A DNA stretch of 37,458 bases from a virus. Lineage: Duplodnaviria; Caudoviricetes. Position numbers and translations under genes: made by a program. Where the stretch lies: positions 1 to 37,458 of IMG/VR virus record IMGVR_UViG_3300012933_000187; one strand, written 5' to 3'. Positions 23,691-32,729 of the stretch are shown in pieces; within the stretch, counting starts at the first letter, position 1, and the number at the start of each line of letters is the position of its first letter. The notes beneath the pieces are model-generated. The model had not been told where the DNA came from. It saw only the letters and a list, made by a program, of their open reading frames with translations, and did no database searches.

Positions 23691-25853
23691 ATGGCTAAAG
23701 CCTCACCAATGCAAAACTCATTCAACGCGGGTGAACTGTCACCTCAGTTGAAGGGTCGTGCTGACATCGACAAGTACAAAAACGGTTGTGACACCATGAC
23801 CAATTTCTTGCCGCAGATTTACGGACCTGCACGCAAGCGCCCGGGCACTCGATTTGTCAACGAGGTCAAGACATCCAGCAAGGCCACCCGCCTTGTGCCC
23901 TTTGAATACAGCACTGAGCAAGCCTACGCCATTGAATTTGGCGAATACTACATCCGCTTCCACTCTGAGGGTGGTACGGTATTGAGTGGTGGCGTGCCAT
24001 ATGAGATCGTATCGCCTTATAGTGAAGCAGATTTAGAAAATCTTGATTTTGCTCAATCGGCTGATGTGATCTACATCTCTCACCCAGACCACGCACCACG
24101 CAAACTTGGTCGCTACGGTCCAACCAATTGGACACTCACTGCTGTCACGTTTACATGGCCACCGTTCAACGATGAAAATACCGATGCAACGACCATCACC
24201 GCGTCAGCAGTGACAGGGACAGGCATCACATTGACAGCATCTGCCGCATTATTCAGCAGCAGCATGGTGGGCACCTATTTCAAATTTGAAGAGGTCATTG
24301 AGTCCAAATACGACATTTGGGAAGCCAACAAGGCTGTGACCTCCGGCGCGTTTCGTCACTACGATGGTCACTTGTACGAAGCGACCTCGAGTGGTACTAC
24401 CGGCAGCCGCCCACCCATTCATTTCAAAGACAGTGAAAGCGATGGTGTAGTTACTTGGGCTTTCCGTCATGATGGTGCAGGCTATGCGCAGATCACTGCC
24501 TACACCAGCACCACTGTGGTCACCGCAACTGTGGTTAAGCGTTTACCTGCATCAGCCACCTCCGGCACAATCAAATGGGCTGAGGGTGCGTGGTCTACAA
24601 ATCGTGGCTACCCAACATCCGTGACTTTCTATGAAGACCGCTTGTGGTTCGCAGGCTCTGCTGCACGCCCCCAAACAATCTGGGCGTCTGTGACAGGTGA
24701 CTATGAGAACCACAAATACGGCACAAGCGCCGACGATGGTCTGAACTTCACGATCAACACGCAGGACATGAACACAATCGAGTGGTTGTCGCCGGGCAAA
24801 GTGTTGTCGATCGGTACGGCCAATGGTGAGTTCACGCTGAGTGCAACCAACCTGAACGATGCTGTCACGCCAACAGACGTGCTGATCAAGCCGCAGACAA
24901 CCTACGGCAGCAGCGCATTTGTTCGCCCCATCCGCGTGGCCGGTTCAATCTTGTTTGTGCAGCGTGCTGGCCGCAAGCTGCGCGAGTACACCTACAACTT
25001 TCAGACCGATGCGTACATTGCGTCAAACCTGACTGTGTTGGCCGAGCACATCACCAAGACAGGCATCTTGGACCTTGCCTACCAACAAGAGCCGTATCAG
25101 ATCGTCTGGGCACCCTGCGTTAACGGTGAGTTGATCGGTCTGACCTTTGAGCGTGCTGAGGAGGTTGTGGGCTGGCATCGTCAAGACATCGGTGGTGCTG
25201 TTGAATCAGTGGTGGCATTGCCGCACTGGGACGGTGACCAAGACGTGCTCTGGATGATCGTCAAGCGCACCATCGACGGCACAACCAAGCGCTACATTGA
25301 GTACATCGAGAAATACTACTCTGACGAGTACGCGTATTTTGTCGACTGCGGTCTCACCTACGATGGTGTGCCAGCCGATGAGATTTCTGGCCTTGACCAC
25401 CTCGAGGGTGAGGAAGTGGCTGTCCTTGTGGACGGCGCAGTTCATCCGAACGTGACTGTGACGGGTGGTTCAGTGACTCTTCAGTATGAAGGGTCCGTGA
25501 TCAACATTGGCCTGCCCTACACAGCCACCGTCAAGACCATGCCCATGGAAGCTGGTGCGTCTGACGGCGTTGCTCAGGGTAAGACCATGCGTGTGAACAA
25601 CATCGTGATGCGCCTGCATGAGACAGGTCCGGGTCTTTGGTACGGTCCCAATGAGACCCACATGGACGAGTACCATGTGCGCCGCACCACCAACAACATG
25701 GACGAACCCGTCCCATTGTTCACTGGTGACACCGCGTTGCTGCCTTGGCCGGGCGAATATCAGCAGTCCCCGCAGATCACAGTGCAACACCGCCTGCCGC
25801 TACCATGTACACTTGTGGCTGTCATGCCGCAGGTATTTACTTATGATCGTTAA
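23691..25853 (+). CDS. Tail tubular protein B (nozzle)
   Basis: SFNAGELSP...GRAD, FAQSADV, GYP..VTFYEDRLWF and GLDHLEG. Confidence 0.9.
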   Translation: MAKASPMQNSFNAGELSPQLKGRADIDKYKNGCDTMTNFLPQIYGPARKRPGTRFVNEVKTSSKATRLVPFEYSTEQAYAIEFGEYYIRFHSEGGTVLSGGVPYEIVSPYSEADLENLDFAQSADVIYISHPDHAPRKLGRYGPTNWTLTAVTFTWPPFNDENTDATTITASAVTGTGITLTASAALFSSSMVGTYFKFEEVIESKYDIWEANKAVTSGAFRHYDGHLYEATSSGTTGSRPPIHFKDSESDGVVTWAFRHDGAGYAQITAYTSTTVVTATVVKRLPASATSGTIKWAEGAWSTNRGYPTSVTFYEDRLWFAGSAARPQTIWASVTGDYENHKYGTSADDGLNFTINTQDMNTIEWLSPGKVLSIGTANGEFTLSATNLNDAVTPTDVLIKPQTTYGSSAFVRPIRVAGSILFVQRAGRKLREYTYNFQTDAYIASNLTVLAEHITKTGILDLAYQQEPYQIVWAPCVNGELIGLTFERAEEVVGWHRQDIGGAVESVVALPHWDGDQDVLWMIVKRTIDGTTKRYIEYIEKYYSDEYAYFVDCGLTYDGVPADEISGLDHLEGEEVAVLVDGAVHPNVTVTGGSVTLQYEGSVINIGLPYTATVKTMPMEAGASDGVAQGKTMRVNNIVMRLHETGPGLWYGPNETHMDEYHVRRTTNNMDEPVPLFTGDTALLPWPGEYQQSPQITVQHRLPLPCTLVAVMPQVFTYDR

Positions 25854-26271
25854 GCCTTGGAAAAAGGGAGACACTCAACGACTGTCTCTTCAGTCAAACC
25901 AGACCTATCACGAAGACACGCTCAACGAAGAAACTGATTTTTCTGAGCTGTCTGATCAAGGTCTGGCGTTGACATTTGAGCACGATGGTGAGGTAATGAT
26001 GATTGCAGGTCTTGCCCCTCAGTGGGCCAACCGAGCAATTGCGTGGACCCTGATCTCAAAGAATGCGGGTAGGCATTTTGTCGAGCTGCATCGCTACGTT
26101 GACAACTTCCTCAACACGTCCGATTTTGATCGCATCGAGTCGATGGTTGACGCTGGGTTTGAGGCAGGACATCGTTGGATGAAGATGCTCGGATTTGAGC
26201 TTGAGGGTTACATGCGCAAGTACCGCCCAGATGGTGGTGACATGGTGCTCTACGCGAGGATAAGACAATGA
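25843..26271 (+). CDS. GNAT-fold internal virion protein A-like (T7 gp13-like)
   Basis: Likely start MIVKPW at 25843; RIESMVD...GHRWMKMLGFELEG..RKY. Confidence 0.7.
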   Translation: MIVKPWKKGDTQRLSLQSNQTYHEDTLNEETDFSELSDQGLALTFEHDGEVMMIAGLAPQWANRAIAWTLISKNAGRHFVELHRYVDNFLNTSDFDRIESMVDAGFEAGHRWMKMLGFELEGYMRKYRPDGGDMVLYARIRQ

Positions 26272-26687
26272 GTAGCTGGTTAAAACTTGGAGGCGCTGGG
26301 CTTGAGGCCAAGGGCGTTCTAGAAGAAGGCATGGCCGCATATGACGCTGGCCAATACAACGCTGCGTCATCCCGCACTCAGGGTGTCGTGGAAGAAAACC
26401 GCCGCCGCACAGCCGGTAAAAAAGAAATTAGTAAAACTCGCACAGGTATCGCCAAGTCTGGTGTTACTTTTGAGGGCACACCTTTGAACGTGCTTGTTGA
26501 GTCAGCAGCCAATGTTGAAATTGACGCACTCAACGCACGGTGGTCGGGTGAACAACGTGCGAAAATGGAAGAGTACAAGGGGTATTCTGCCTACAAAGCA
26601 TCTCAGCTTCGCGCCACTGCCATTCTGGCTAAAGGGACTGCTGACTTTCTTGAATCAGGCGAAAAAACAGCTAAGGCTGGAGGATAA
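26268..26687 (+). CDS. Internal virion (ejection) protein, gp14-like
   Basis: AKSGVTFEGTPL motif, Ala/Gly-rich; position. Confidence 0.7.
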   Translation: MSSWLKLGGAGLEAKGVLEEGMAAYDAGQYNAASSRTQGVVEENRRRTAGKKEISKTRTGIAKSGVTFEGTPLNVLVESAANVEIDALNARWSGEQRAKMEEYKGYSAYKASQLRATAILAKGTADFLESGEKTAKAGG

Positions 26688-26690
26688 ATC

Positions 26691-28538
26691 ATGGCGAAAT
26701 TACCGGTTTACGAACAACAAACACGAGCTGAAACACCTGTTGCCACTGCTGAAAGCATGGGTGGTGGTATGGGTCGCGCAACTCAAGACATTGGTCGCAC
26801 GTTGGCTGACATTGGTGAAACCATGCAGCGCCGTGAGAGCACCATTGACCGAGTCCAAAAACTCAACACGTTTGATCAAGAAGCTGTTACCAGCCTCGAG
26901 GCTCTACAGTCCGACGAGAGTATTTCCTCCAAGTCGACACTGGACAAGTACCAACAGACTCTGCGCCAACGTGGTGATGAGTTGGTTGCCAAACACACAG
27001 GTTCTGGTGAGAGCCGTGCAGCACTTCGCGCACAAATCGAGAACCAGATCGGCCAGTACACCAAGTCTGCCATGGGTGCCCAGATCAAGGCCCAGCACAG
27101 CCTGATCGGTAAATCAATCGAAAAGTCTGCCAATGCCTTGGCTTTGACTGCGGGCATGGCCCCTGATCAGTACATCAACGCGCTGTCCCAATTCGACTCT
27201 GATCTGAGCCAGTTTGATGGTTCGATCCCCAAAGATTTGATGGACCAGTACCGCGAGTCTGGCCGTTCACAGATCGCCACAAACGCTGTCAACAGCTTGA
27301 TCCAGAGCAGCCAGTACGACAGTGCCAAAGCGCTCATGTCAGACCCGACCATTGCCCCACTGCTCACCGCAGATGCAGGTCGTCAGTTCTCCATGAACAT
27401 TGCCGTGGGCACTTACAAGAAAGAACAAGACGTTGCTCGTCAAAACCAGAACGTGGCCAAGTACACCATGGCGCTGGGTCGCAACCTGACACCAGAAGAG
27501 CAGATCAAGGTGCGCATGCTCCCTGATAAAAAGAACATGACTGCTGCTGACGAGATCATGCAGCTTGAGATCATTCAAGGTAAACCAGCCTCGCAGGCAC
27601 AGGTCTCTGACATCCTTGGCGTCAAGGGTCAGTTTGGTGACAGCTTGCAGGGCCGTGCTCTCAACTACATCACAGACAACGCAACTCGCTATGCCAACGG
27701 CATGATGACCCCAGAAGAGCGCTTGAACTTCGAGGTGTCTTACAACGAAGCGTACAAGCCAATCGAGAAGTCGGACCCTGTGACCGGCATGATCACAAAG
27801 ATCACACCTGCAATTCCACCATTTATCCAGCAAGCCATGCAGCGTGGCGCACGCTTTGGTGGCGGTGGTGTGGCTGGCGGTGGTGGCGGTGCTCCTCGTC
27901 CAGCAGCTGCCCCAGCAATGCCCGGTGGTGGCGGTGGCGCAGCACCCGCAGCATCTAGTGTTGCCCCAGTACAGGCGGGTGGTGGTCAACCAATCCCATC
28001 GAACCCAAGCGACCAACGAAGCATTTGGGATCGTCGTGCCAACATCGTAGGCCCCGTGGCCACCGCACGCTCCGCAGTTCAGTCTGTGCCGGGCGTTGGT
28101 CCAGCGGCTGCCACATCGATGTTCGGCGCAGAAGAAACCCGTCAAGCTGATGCTGACCGCGTCTACGTTGAAAACGCCTCTCGTGATCTGGTTCGCGTGT
28201 TGCAAAACAATCCGAAGTTCGCAGAGGGTGAGCGCAAGGCGATTGAGAAAGAGATCAACCTCGGTCCAGAGATTTTCCGAAGCGTTGAGTCTTATGAGGG
28301 CAGGTTGATCGGTATCAACCAATCCCTACAAGACCGCTTGAATGACGCGCAACAAACATTGACATCACAGGTCAGTTTGGAAGAACGCAAGCGTGCAACT
28401 GATAACATCAACGCCATCACACAATTCCGTCAAAAGCTGGGTCTGCCCGTAATGGTCAAGACCGCTGAAGACGCGCAACGGTTGGCTCCGGGTACTCGAT
28501 TCATGGACCCTTCCGGTAACGAATTTACGAAGAGGTAA
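26691..28538 (+). CDS. Internal virion (ejection) protein, gp15-like
   Basis: MAKLPVY start, helical Q/A-rich, central Gly/Pro linker; position. Confidence 0.65.
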   Translation: MAKLPVYEQQTRAETPVATAESMGGGMGRATQDIGRTLADIGETMQRRESTIDRVQKLNTFDQEAVTSLEALQSDESISSKSTLDKYQQTLRQRGDELVAKHTGSGESRAALRAQIENQIGQYTKSAMGAQIKAQHSLIGKSIEKSANALALTAGMAPDQYINALSQFDSDLSQFDGSIPKDLMDQYRESGRSQIATNAVNSLIQSSQYDSAKALMSDPTIAPLLTADAGRQFSMNIAVGTYKKEQDVARQNQNVAKYTMALGRNLTPEEQIKVRMLPDKKNMTAADEIMQLEIIQGKPASQAQVSDILGVKGQFGDSLQGRALNYITDNATRYANGMMTPEERLNFEVSYNEAYKPIEKSDPVTGMITKITPAIPPFIQQAMQRGARFGGGGVAGGGGGAPRPAAAPAMPGGGGGAAPAASSVAPVQAGGGQPIPSNPSDQRSIWDRRANIVGPVATARSAVQSVPGVGPAAATSMFGAEETRQADADRVYVENASRDLVRVLQNNPKFAEGERKAIEKEINLGPEIFRSVESYEGRLIGINQSLQDRLNDAQQTLTSQVSLEERKRATDNINAITQFRQKLGLPVMVKTAEDAQRLAPGTRFMDPSGNEFTKR

Positions 28539-28540
28539 GC

Positions 28541-31396
28541 ATGGCTGATCCAAAGCGCATTGAACTGACGGGGATGGCGAAACCGGACACGGATTTTTCC
28601 AAGTACGGTGACCCAATTCGTAAAGACGCCAACGCTGGTGTCGACTTCTCCCAGTTCGGCACACCTGTCGGCCCAAAGAAGCCAACGAGTGGTGAGCTAG
28701 TTGGCGCTGCCAGTGAGCAAGCCTTCCGTGGCGGTTTGGTCAGCGCCGGTGTAGCCGGTGGTGCAATGACAGGTGCGGGCCTCGGCATGATGGCCGTGCC
28801 CATTGCTGGTCCTGCCGCTCCCGTGATTGGTGGTCTGGCTGGTGCTGCCTACGGCGCATGGGCTGGTGAAACTGCAGCCTCTGGCTTTGGCATCCAACCT
28901 GTTGAAAACCTCCAACCCGGTCTTCGCCCAGCTGGCTACTTCGGTGAAGCCGTTGGTGGCGCAGCCGCATTTGCTGCCGGTCCCTATGCTGCCGCGCGTG
29001 CGGGCTACCGCTTCGGTGAGAGCATGGTCGGCAATTTGATGAACACCATCATCGACACGGCCAAGGCAAGCCCATTCAAGTTTGGTCTGGCTGAAGCCAC
29101 ATCTGCCATCTCGGCTGGTGGTGGCGCAGCATTGTCCGAAGCAGCAGCACCCGGTAAAGCTGGCATCCGTGTCACAGCTGAAACCCTTGGTGGCATGTTT
29201 AACCCAACTCGCCTGACCATGGACGCTGCCACCTACGTGGGCGGCATGGCCAAGCGCGGTCTTGAGTCGTTCAGCCCAGCAGCTCGAGAAACCTCGGCTG
29301 CCAAGACCTTACAAGAGCTATTTAAAGTAACAGGTGAAGACCCTATCATCATCGCCCGCATCCTGCGCGAACAGGGTATCGTGGGTAGCGACAAGCTCAC
29401 AGCTGCTCAAAAAACGGGCAGTATGGCCCTTGGTGCTCTCGAGGATTGGCTGGCCAAGTCCAGCGCCCAGTTCGGTGCTGAGTCCCAGCAGAAGGCCCGT
29501 GACGGCCTCGATGCTATCCGTGGTCAGATTACCCTGTTGAGCAACACTGGCGACCCTGCCGCACTGGCTGCAGCGGCTCAGGCACGCACGGTGTACTTCC
29601 GCAACCTGATCACAGCCCGCATGGACGGCGCGTTGCAAGACGCCCAGAAGGCAGCTGCCAAGATCACCACAGACACCCCAGAGGCCCGCGCTCAGTTGAG
29701 CGTGATTGCCCGTGACGCCCTGAGCAAATCGATCAGCGATTCGCGCAAGGCTGAGAAGGAATTGTGGGACAAAGTTGACGGCACACGCAAAGTTGGCTTC
29801 GACACCCTGCAAAGCACATTCGATGAAAAGGTCGCCGAGTTGTTGCCCGAGGTGCGCAGCCAAAAGCTGCCAACAATCGTGCAGCAGTTCTTGACCCGCG
29901 TCAGCGCCGCCAAGGAACCCACGAAGTCGTTGATCATCCTGCCTGAGAACATGACCCGCGTGGGCGCTGCGCCGGAAATGGTGGGCACCACTGTGGGTGA
30001 AATGCGTCAACTCAGAGGTGAGCTGCTTGACCTGTCTCGCACTTCCACCAACAACGGTGAGTACGGTCAGGCCAAGATTTACAGCGATCTCGCTGAGTCT
30101 GTGCTCGATGACATGGACAAGGCATTCGTGCAGGCTGGTGACACTGCCTACGATGCTGCCCGCACCTTCTCGCGTGAGTTCAATGACACCTTCACCCGCA
30201 GCTTTGCTGGCAAGGTGATGGCATCTGGTCGCTACGGTGACCGTATGGCCCCTGAGCTGACTTTGCGCAAGGCGTTGGCCACCGGTAAAGAAGCTGGCGC
30301 GATCCAACTCGAGGAGCTGGAAACAGCCACCCGATTTATGGTGACCCGTGGCTTGGCTGACGACACCAACGTGCGCAACATGCTCGATGCCCAAGAGCGC
30401 ATCATTCGATTGGCCGCATCCGACACAGTGAACCCACTGACCGGTAAGGTGGACCCAACTCGCGTGAGCAAGTTCATCAAGGACAACGAAATCTTGATGA
30501 AGCGCTTCCCTGAGATCAAGAATGACTTGACCCTTGCTGTGACCTCTGAGCAGGCAGCCCGCCGCATGGAGAGTTTGGCCAAGGGTCAGATCGATGTAAT
30601 CGACAAGCAGAAAGCCTACGGTCGCATGCTTGCCTCAGACCCCGTCGAAATGGCCAGCAAGGCCCTTATTTCGACGAACCAAGAGCAGCAGTTGACCAAC
30701 CTCATCAACATCGCCAAAGCGGGCTATACGCCCCGTGGTGGTGTGCCGGGCCTCAAGCCCGCAGAGGCACTGGATGGATTCCGCGCTTCGGTCTACGATG
30801 CTGCGATTCGTCGCGGTACAGACAAGAATGGCGTCTTGAACATCGCACAGACCAAGAGTCTGCTGTTCGTGCCGTCAGTGCCCGGTCAGAAGTCACCGAT
30901 CCAAGTCATGCAAGACGCTGGTGTGGTGGATGCCAAGCATGTGGCGAACCTCAAGAAGATGTTCGACACGGCTGAGGCTATCACCCGTTCACAGCAGTCC
31001 GGTACGGCCATTGACATCAAGACCGACCTGACCGATGCGGCCATGGTGACCATAAGCCGTGTGGTGGGTTCAGCTGTTGCCGGCAAGGCTGCCAAGATGG
31101 CAGGCTCGGCCAGCCCATCCTTGATCATCCACGGTGCAGGCGCACGTTTGGCCGAGACCGTGATGACCAAGTTGCCCACACAAAGCGCCCAAAAGTTCCT
31201 GATCGAAGCAGCCAATGACCCACAAAAACTGGCCATGTTGCTCGAGAAAGTGACAGACCCTGCAAAACAGGCAGCACAAGCTCGTCAAATCCACGCATGG
31301 CTTGTACAATCAAATCTGGTGAACGCTCAGAATCTGGTTGCTCCGACTTACGAGCAACAGCCCGAGCAAACGCCATTCTTCACACAACCTCGCTAA
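28541..31396 (+). CDS. Large internal virion (ejection) protein, gp16-like
   Basis: 951 aa; N-terminal Gly/Ala hydrophobic segments, then helical; lies just before the tail fibre. Confidence 0.65.
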   Translation: MADPKRIELTGMAKPDTDFSKYGDPIRKDANAGVDFSQFGTPVGPKKPTSGELVGAASEQAFRGGLVSAGVAGGAMTGAGLGMMAVPIAGPAAPVIGGLAGAAYGAWAGETAASGFGIQPVENLQPGLRPAGYFGEAVGGAAAFAAGPYAAARAGYRFGESMVGNLMNTIIDTAKASPFKFGLAEATSAISAGGGAALSEAAAPGKAGIRVTAETLGGMFNPTRLTMDAATYVGGMAKRGLESFSPAARETSAAKTLQELFKVTGEDPIIIARILREQGIVGSDKLTAAQKTGSMALGALEDWLAKSSAQFGAESQQKARDGLDAIRGQITLLSNTGDPAALAAAAQARTVYFRNLITARMDGALQDAQKAAAKITTDTPEARAQLSVIARDALSKSISDSRKAEKELWDKVDGTRKVGFDTLQSTFDEKVAELLPEVRSQKLPTIVQQFLTRVSAAKEPTKSLIILPENMTRVGAAPEMVGTTVGEMRQLRGELLDLSRTSTNNGEYGQAKIYSDLAESVLDDMDKAFVQAGDTAYDAARTFSREFNDTFTRSFAGKVMASGRYGDRMAPELTLRKALATGKEAGAIQLEELETATRFMVTRGLADDTNVRNMLDAQERIIRLAASDTVNPLTGKVDPTRVSKFIKDNEILMKRFPEIKNDLTLAVTSEQAARRMESLAKGQIDVIDKQKAYGRMLASDPVEMASKALISTNQEQQLTNLINIAKAGYTPRGGVPGLKPAEALDGFRASVYDAAIRRGTDKNGVLNIAQTKSLLFVPSVPGQKSPIQVMQDAGVVDAKHVANLKKMFDTAEAITRSQQSGTAIDIKTDLTDAAMVTISRVVGSAVAGKAAKMAGSASPSLIIHGAGARLAETVMTKLPTQSAQKFLIEAANDPQKLAMLLEKVTDPAKQAAQARQIHAWLVQSNLVNAQNLVAPTYEQQPEQTPFFTQPR

Positions 31397-31409
31397 TTGA
31401 GGACTGACG

Positions 31410-32729
31410 ATGACAATCAGCACCACAGCATCTCGAATTTCATACAACGGTAATGGGGCAACCACCGCGTTCAGCTTCCCTTACCGTTTTCTTGCAAATG
31501 GTGATTTGACAGTCATCAAGGTTGCAGCAGATGGCACTGAGACCACACTCACACTGAACACCAACTACACCGTCACAGGTGCAAATGAGGACGCTGGTGG
31601 AACGGTCACCCTGAGCGTGGCCCCATTGTCTGGTCAGCGAGTGGTGATTTTCCGTTCCGTGTCGATCACTCAAGAGGTTGACTACATCACCGGTGACCCA
31701 TTCCCCGCTGAGACACATGAGCGTGCTCTTGACCGTTTGACCATGGTTGCCCAGCAGCAGCAAGATGCGATCGATCGCTCTGCCAAGCTGTCTGAGACCA
31801 GCACCGCTGATGCCGATACCTTGATTGCCAACATCAACTCGTTGGCCGCGATTGAGGATGATGTGAGCGCTGTGGCTGCGATTGACACAGACGTGAGCGC
31901 AGTGGCTGCTATCGACTCGGATGTCACAGCAGTGGTTGGAAACGCAACCAACATCAACGCTGTTGCAGGAAACGCCACCAACATTAACACGGTGGCTAGT
32001 AACATCAGCAGCATCAACACCGTTGTGACCAACATTGTCGACATTCAAAACGCTGAAGAGAATGCAGACGCCGCTATTGCTGCACAAGCTGCTGCAGAGG
32101 CTGCACGCGATCAGGTGCTGGCCGTCTATGATTCATTCGATGATCGTTACCTTGGCAGCAAGACAAGCGACCCAACTGTTGACAATGACGGCAATGCGCT
32201 TGTGGGGGGTGCAATCTATTTCAACAGCGTGTCTGGTGTGATGCGTCTTTACACCGGTAGCGCATGGGTCGCGGCCTATGTGCAAGGTGTGGCCAGCAGC
32301 ATTGGATTTACACCCGCTGGCGGCATTGCTGCTACAAACGTGCAAGCGGCAATCGAAGAGGTGGATAGCGAGGCTGCGAAGCTGGCTGTTGCTCAATCAT
32401 TCACCAAAGCACAGCGTGGTGCAATCACAGCACTGACAGATGGCGCTACGATCACCCCCGACTTTTCGTTGGCAAACAACTTCTCTGTCACTCTTGGTGG
32501 CTCACGCACATTGGCTAACCCAACCAACTTAACTGCTGGTCAATCAGGTGTCATCGTCATCACTCAAGATGGCACTGGCTCGCGCACCTTGGCTTACGGC
32601 AGCTACTTCAAGTTTGCTAACGGAACTGCTCCATCATTGACAACAACTGCATCGGCTGTCGATGTGCTGGCATACTATGTTGAAAGTTCAAGTCGTATCA
32701 CTGCACGTTTGATTGGCGATGTGAAATGA
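31410..32729 (+). CDS. Tail fibre protein with T7 gp17-like N-terminal anchor
   Basis: YNGNGATTAFSFPYRF and HERALDRLTM..QQ; SAVAAIDxDV and GNATNIN repeats; C-terminal ITQDGTGSRTL. Confidence 0.85.
   Translation: MTISTTASRISYNGNGATTAFSFPYRFLANGDLTVIKVAADGTETTLTLNTNYTVTGANEDAGGTVTLSVAPLSGQRVVIFRSVSITQEVDYITGDPFPAETHERALDRLTMVAQQQQDAIDRSAKLSETSTADADTLIANINSLAAIEDDVSAVAAIDTDVSAVAAIDSDVTAVVGNATNINAVAGNATNINTVASNISSINTVVTNIVDIQNAEENADAAIAAQAAAEAARDQVLAVYDSFDDRYLGSKTSDPTVDNDGNALVGGAIYFNSVSGVMRLYTGSAWVAAYVQGVASSIGFTPAGGIAATNVQAAIEEVDSEAAKLAVAQSFTKAQRGAITALTDGATITPDFSLANNFSVTLGGSRTLANPTNLTAGQSGVIVITQDGTGSRTLAYGSYFKFANGTAPSLTTTASAVDVLAYYVESSSRITARLIGDVK

Noticed and set aside
25618-25842. N-terminal extension of the gp13-like ORF
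   Set aside because: Lies inside tail tubular protein B; ATG 25843 is the more plausible start.
27339-30394. Long antisense ORFs opposite structural genes (also 19098..19970 and 21693..22529)
   Set aside because: Expected shadow ORFs from codon bias on the coding strand; no motifs or SD.
31850-32030. Tandem DNA repeats in the tail fibre
   Set aside because: Degenerate protein-level coiled-coil repeats (SAVAAIDxDV, GNATNIN), ordinary for fibres.
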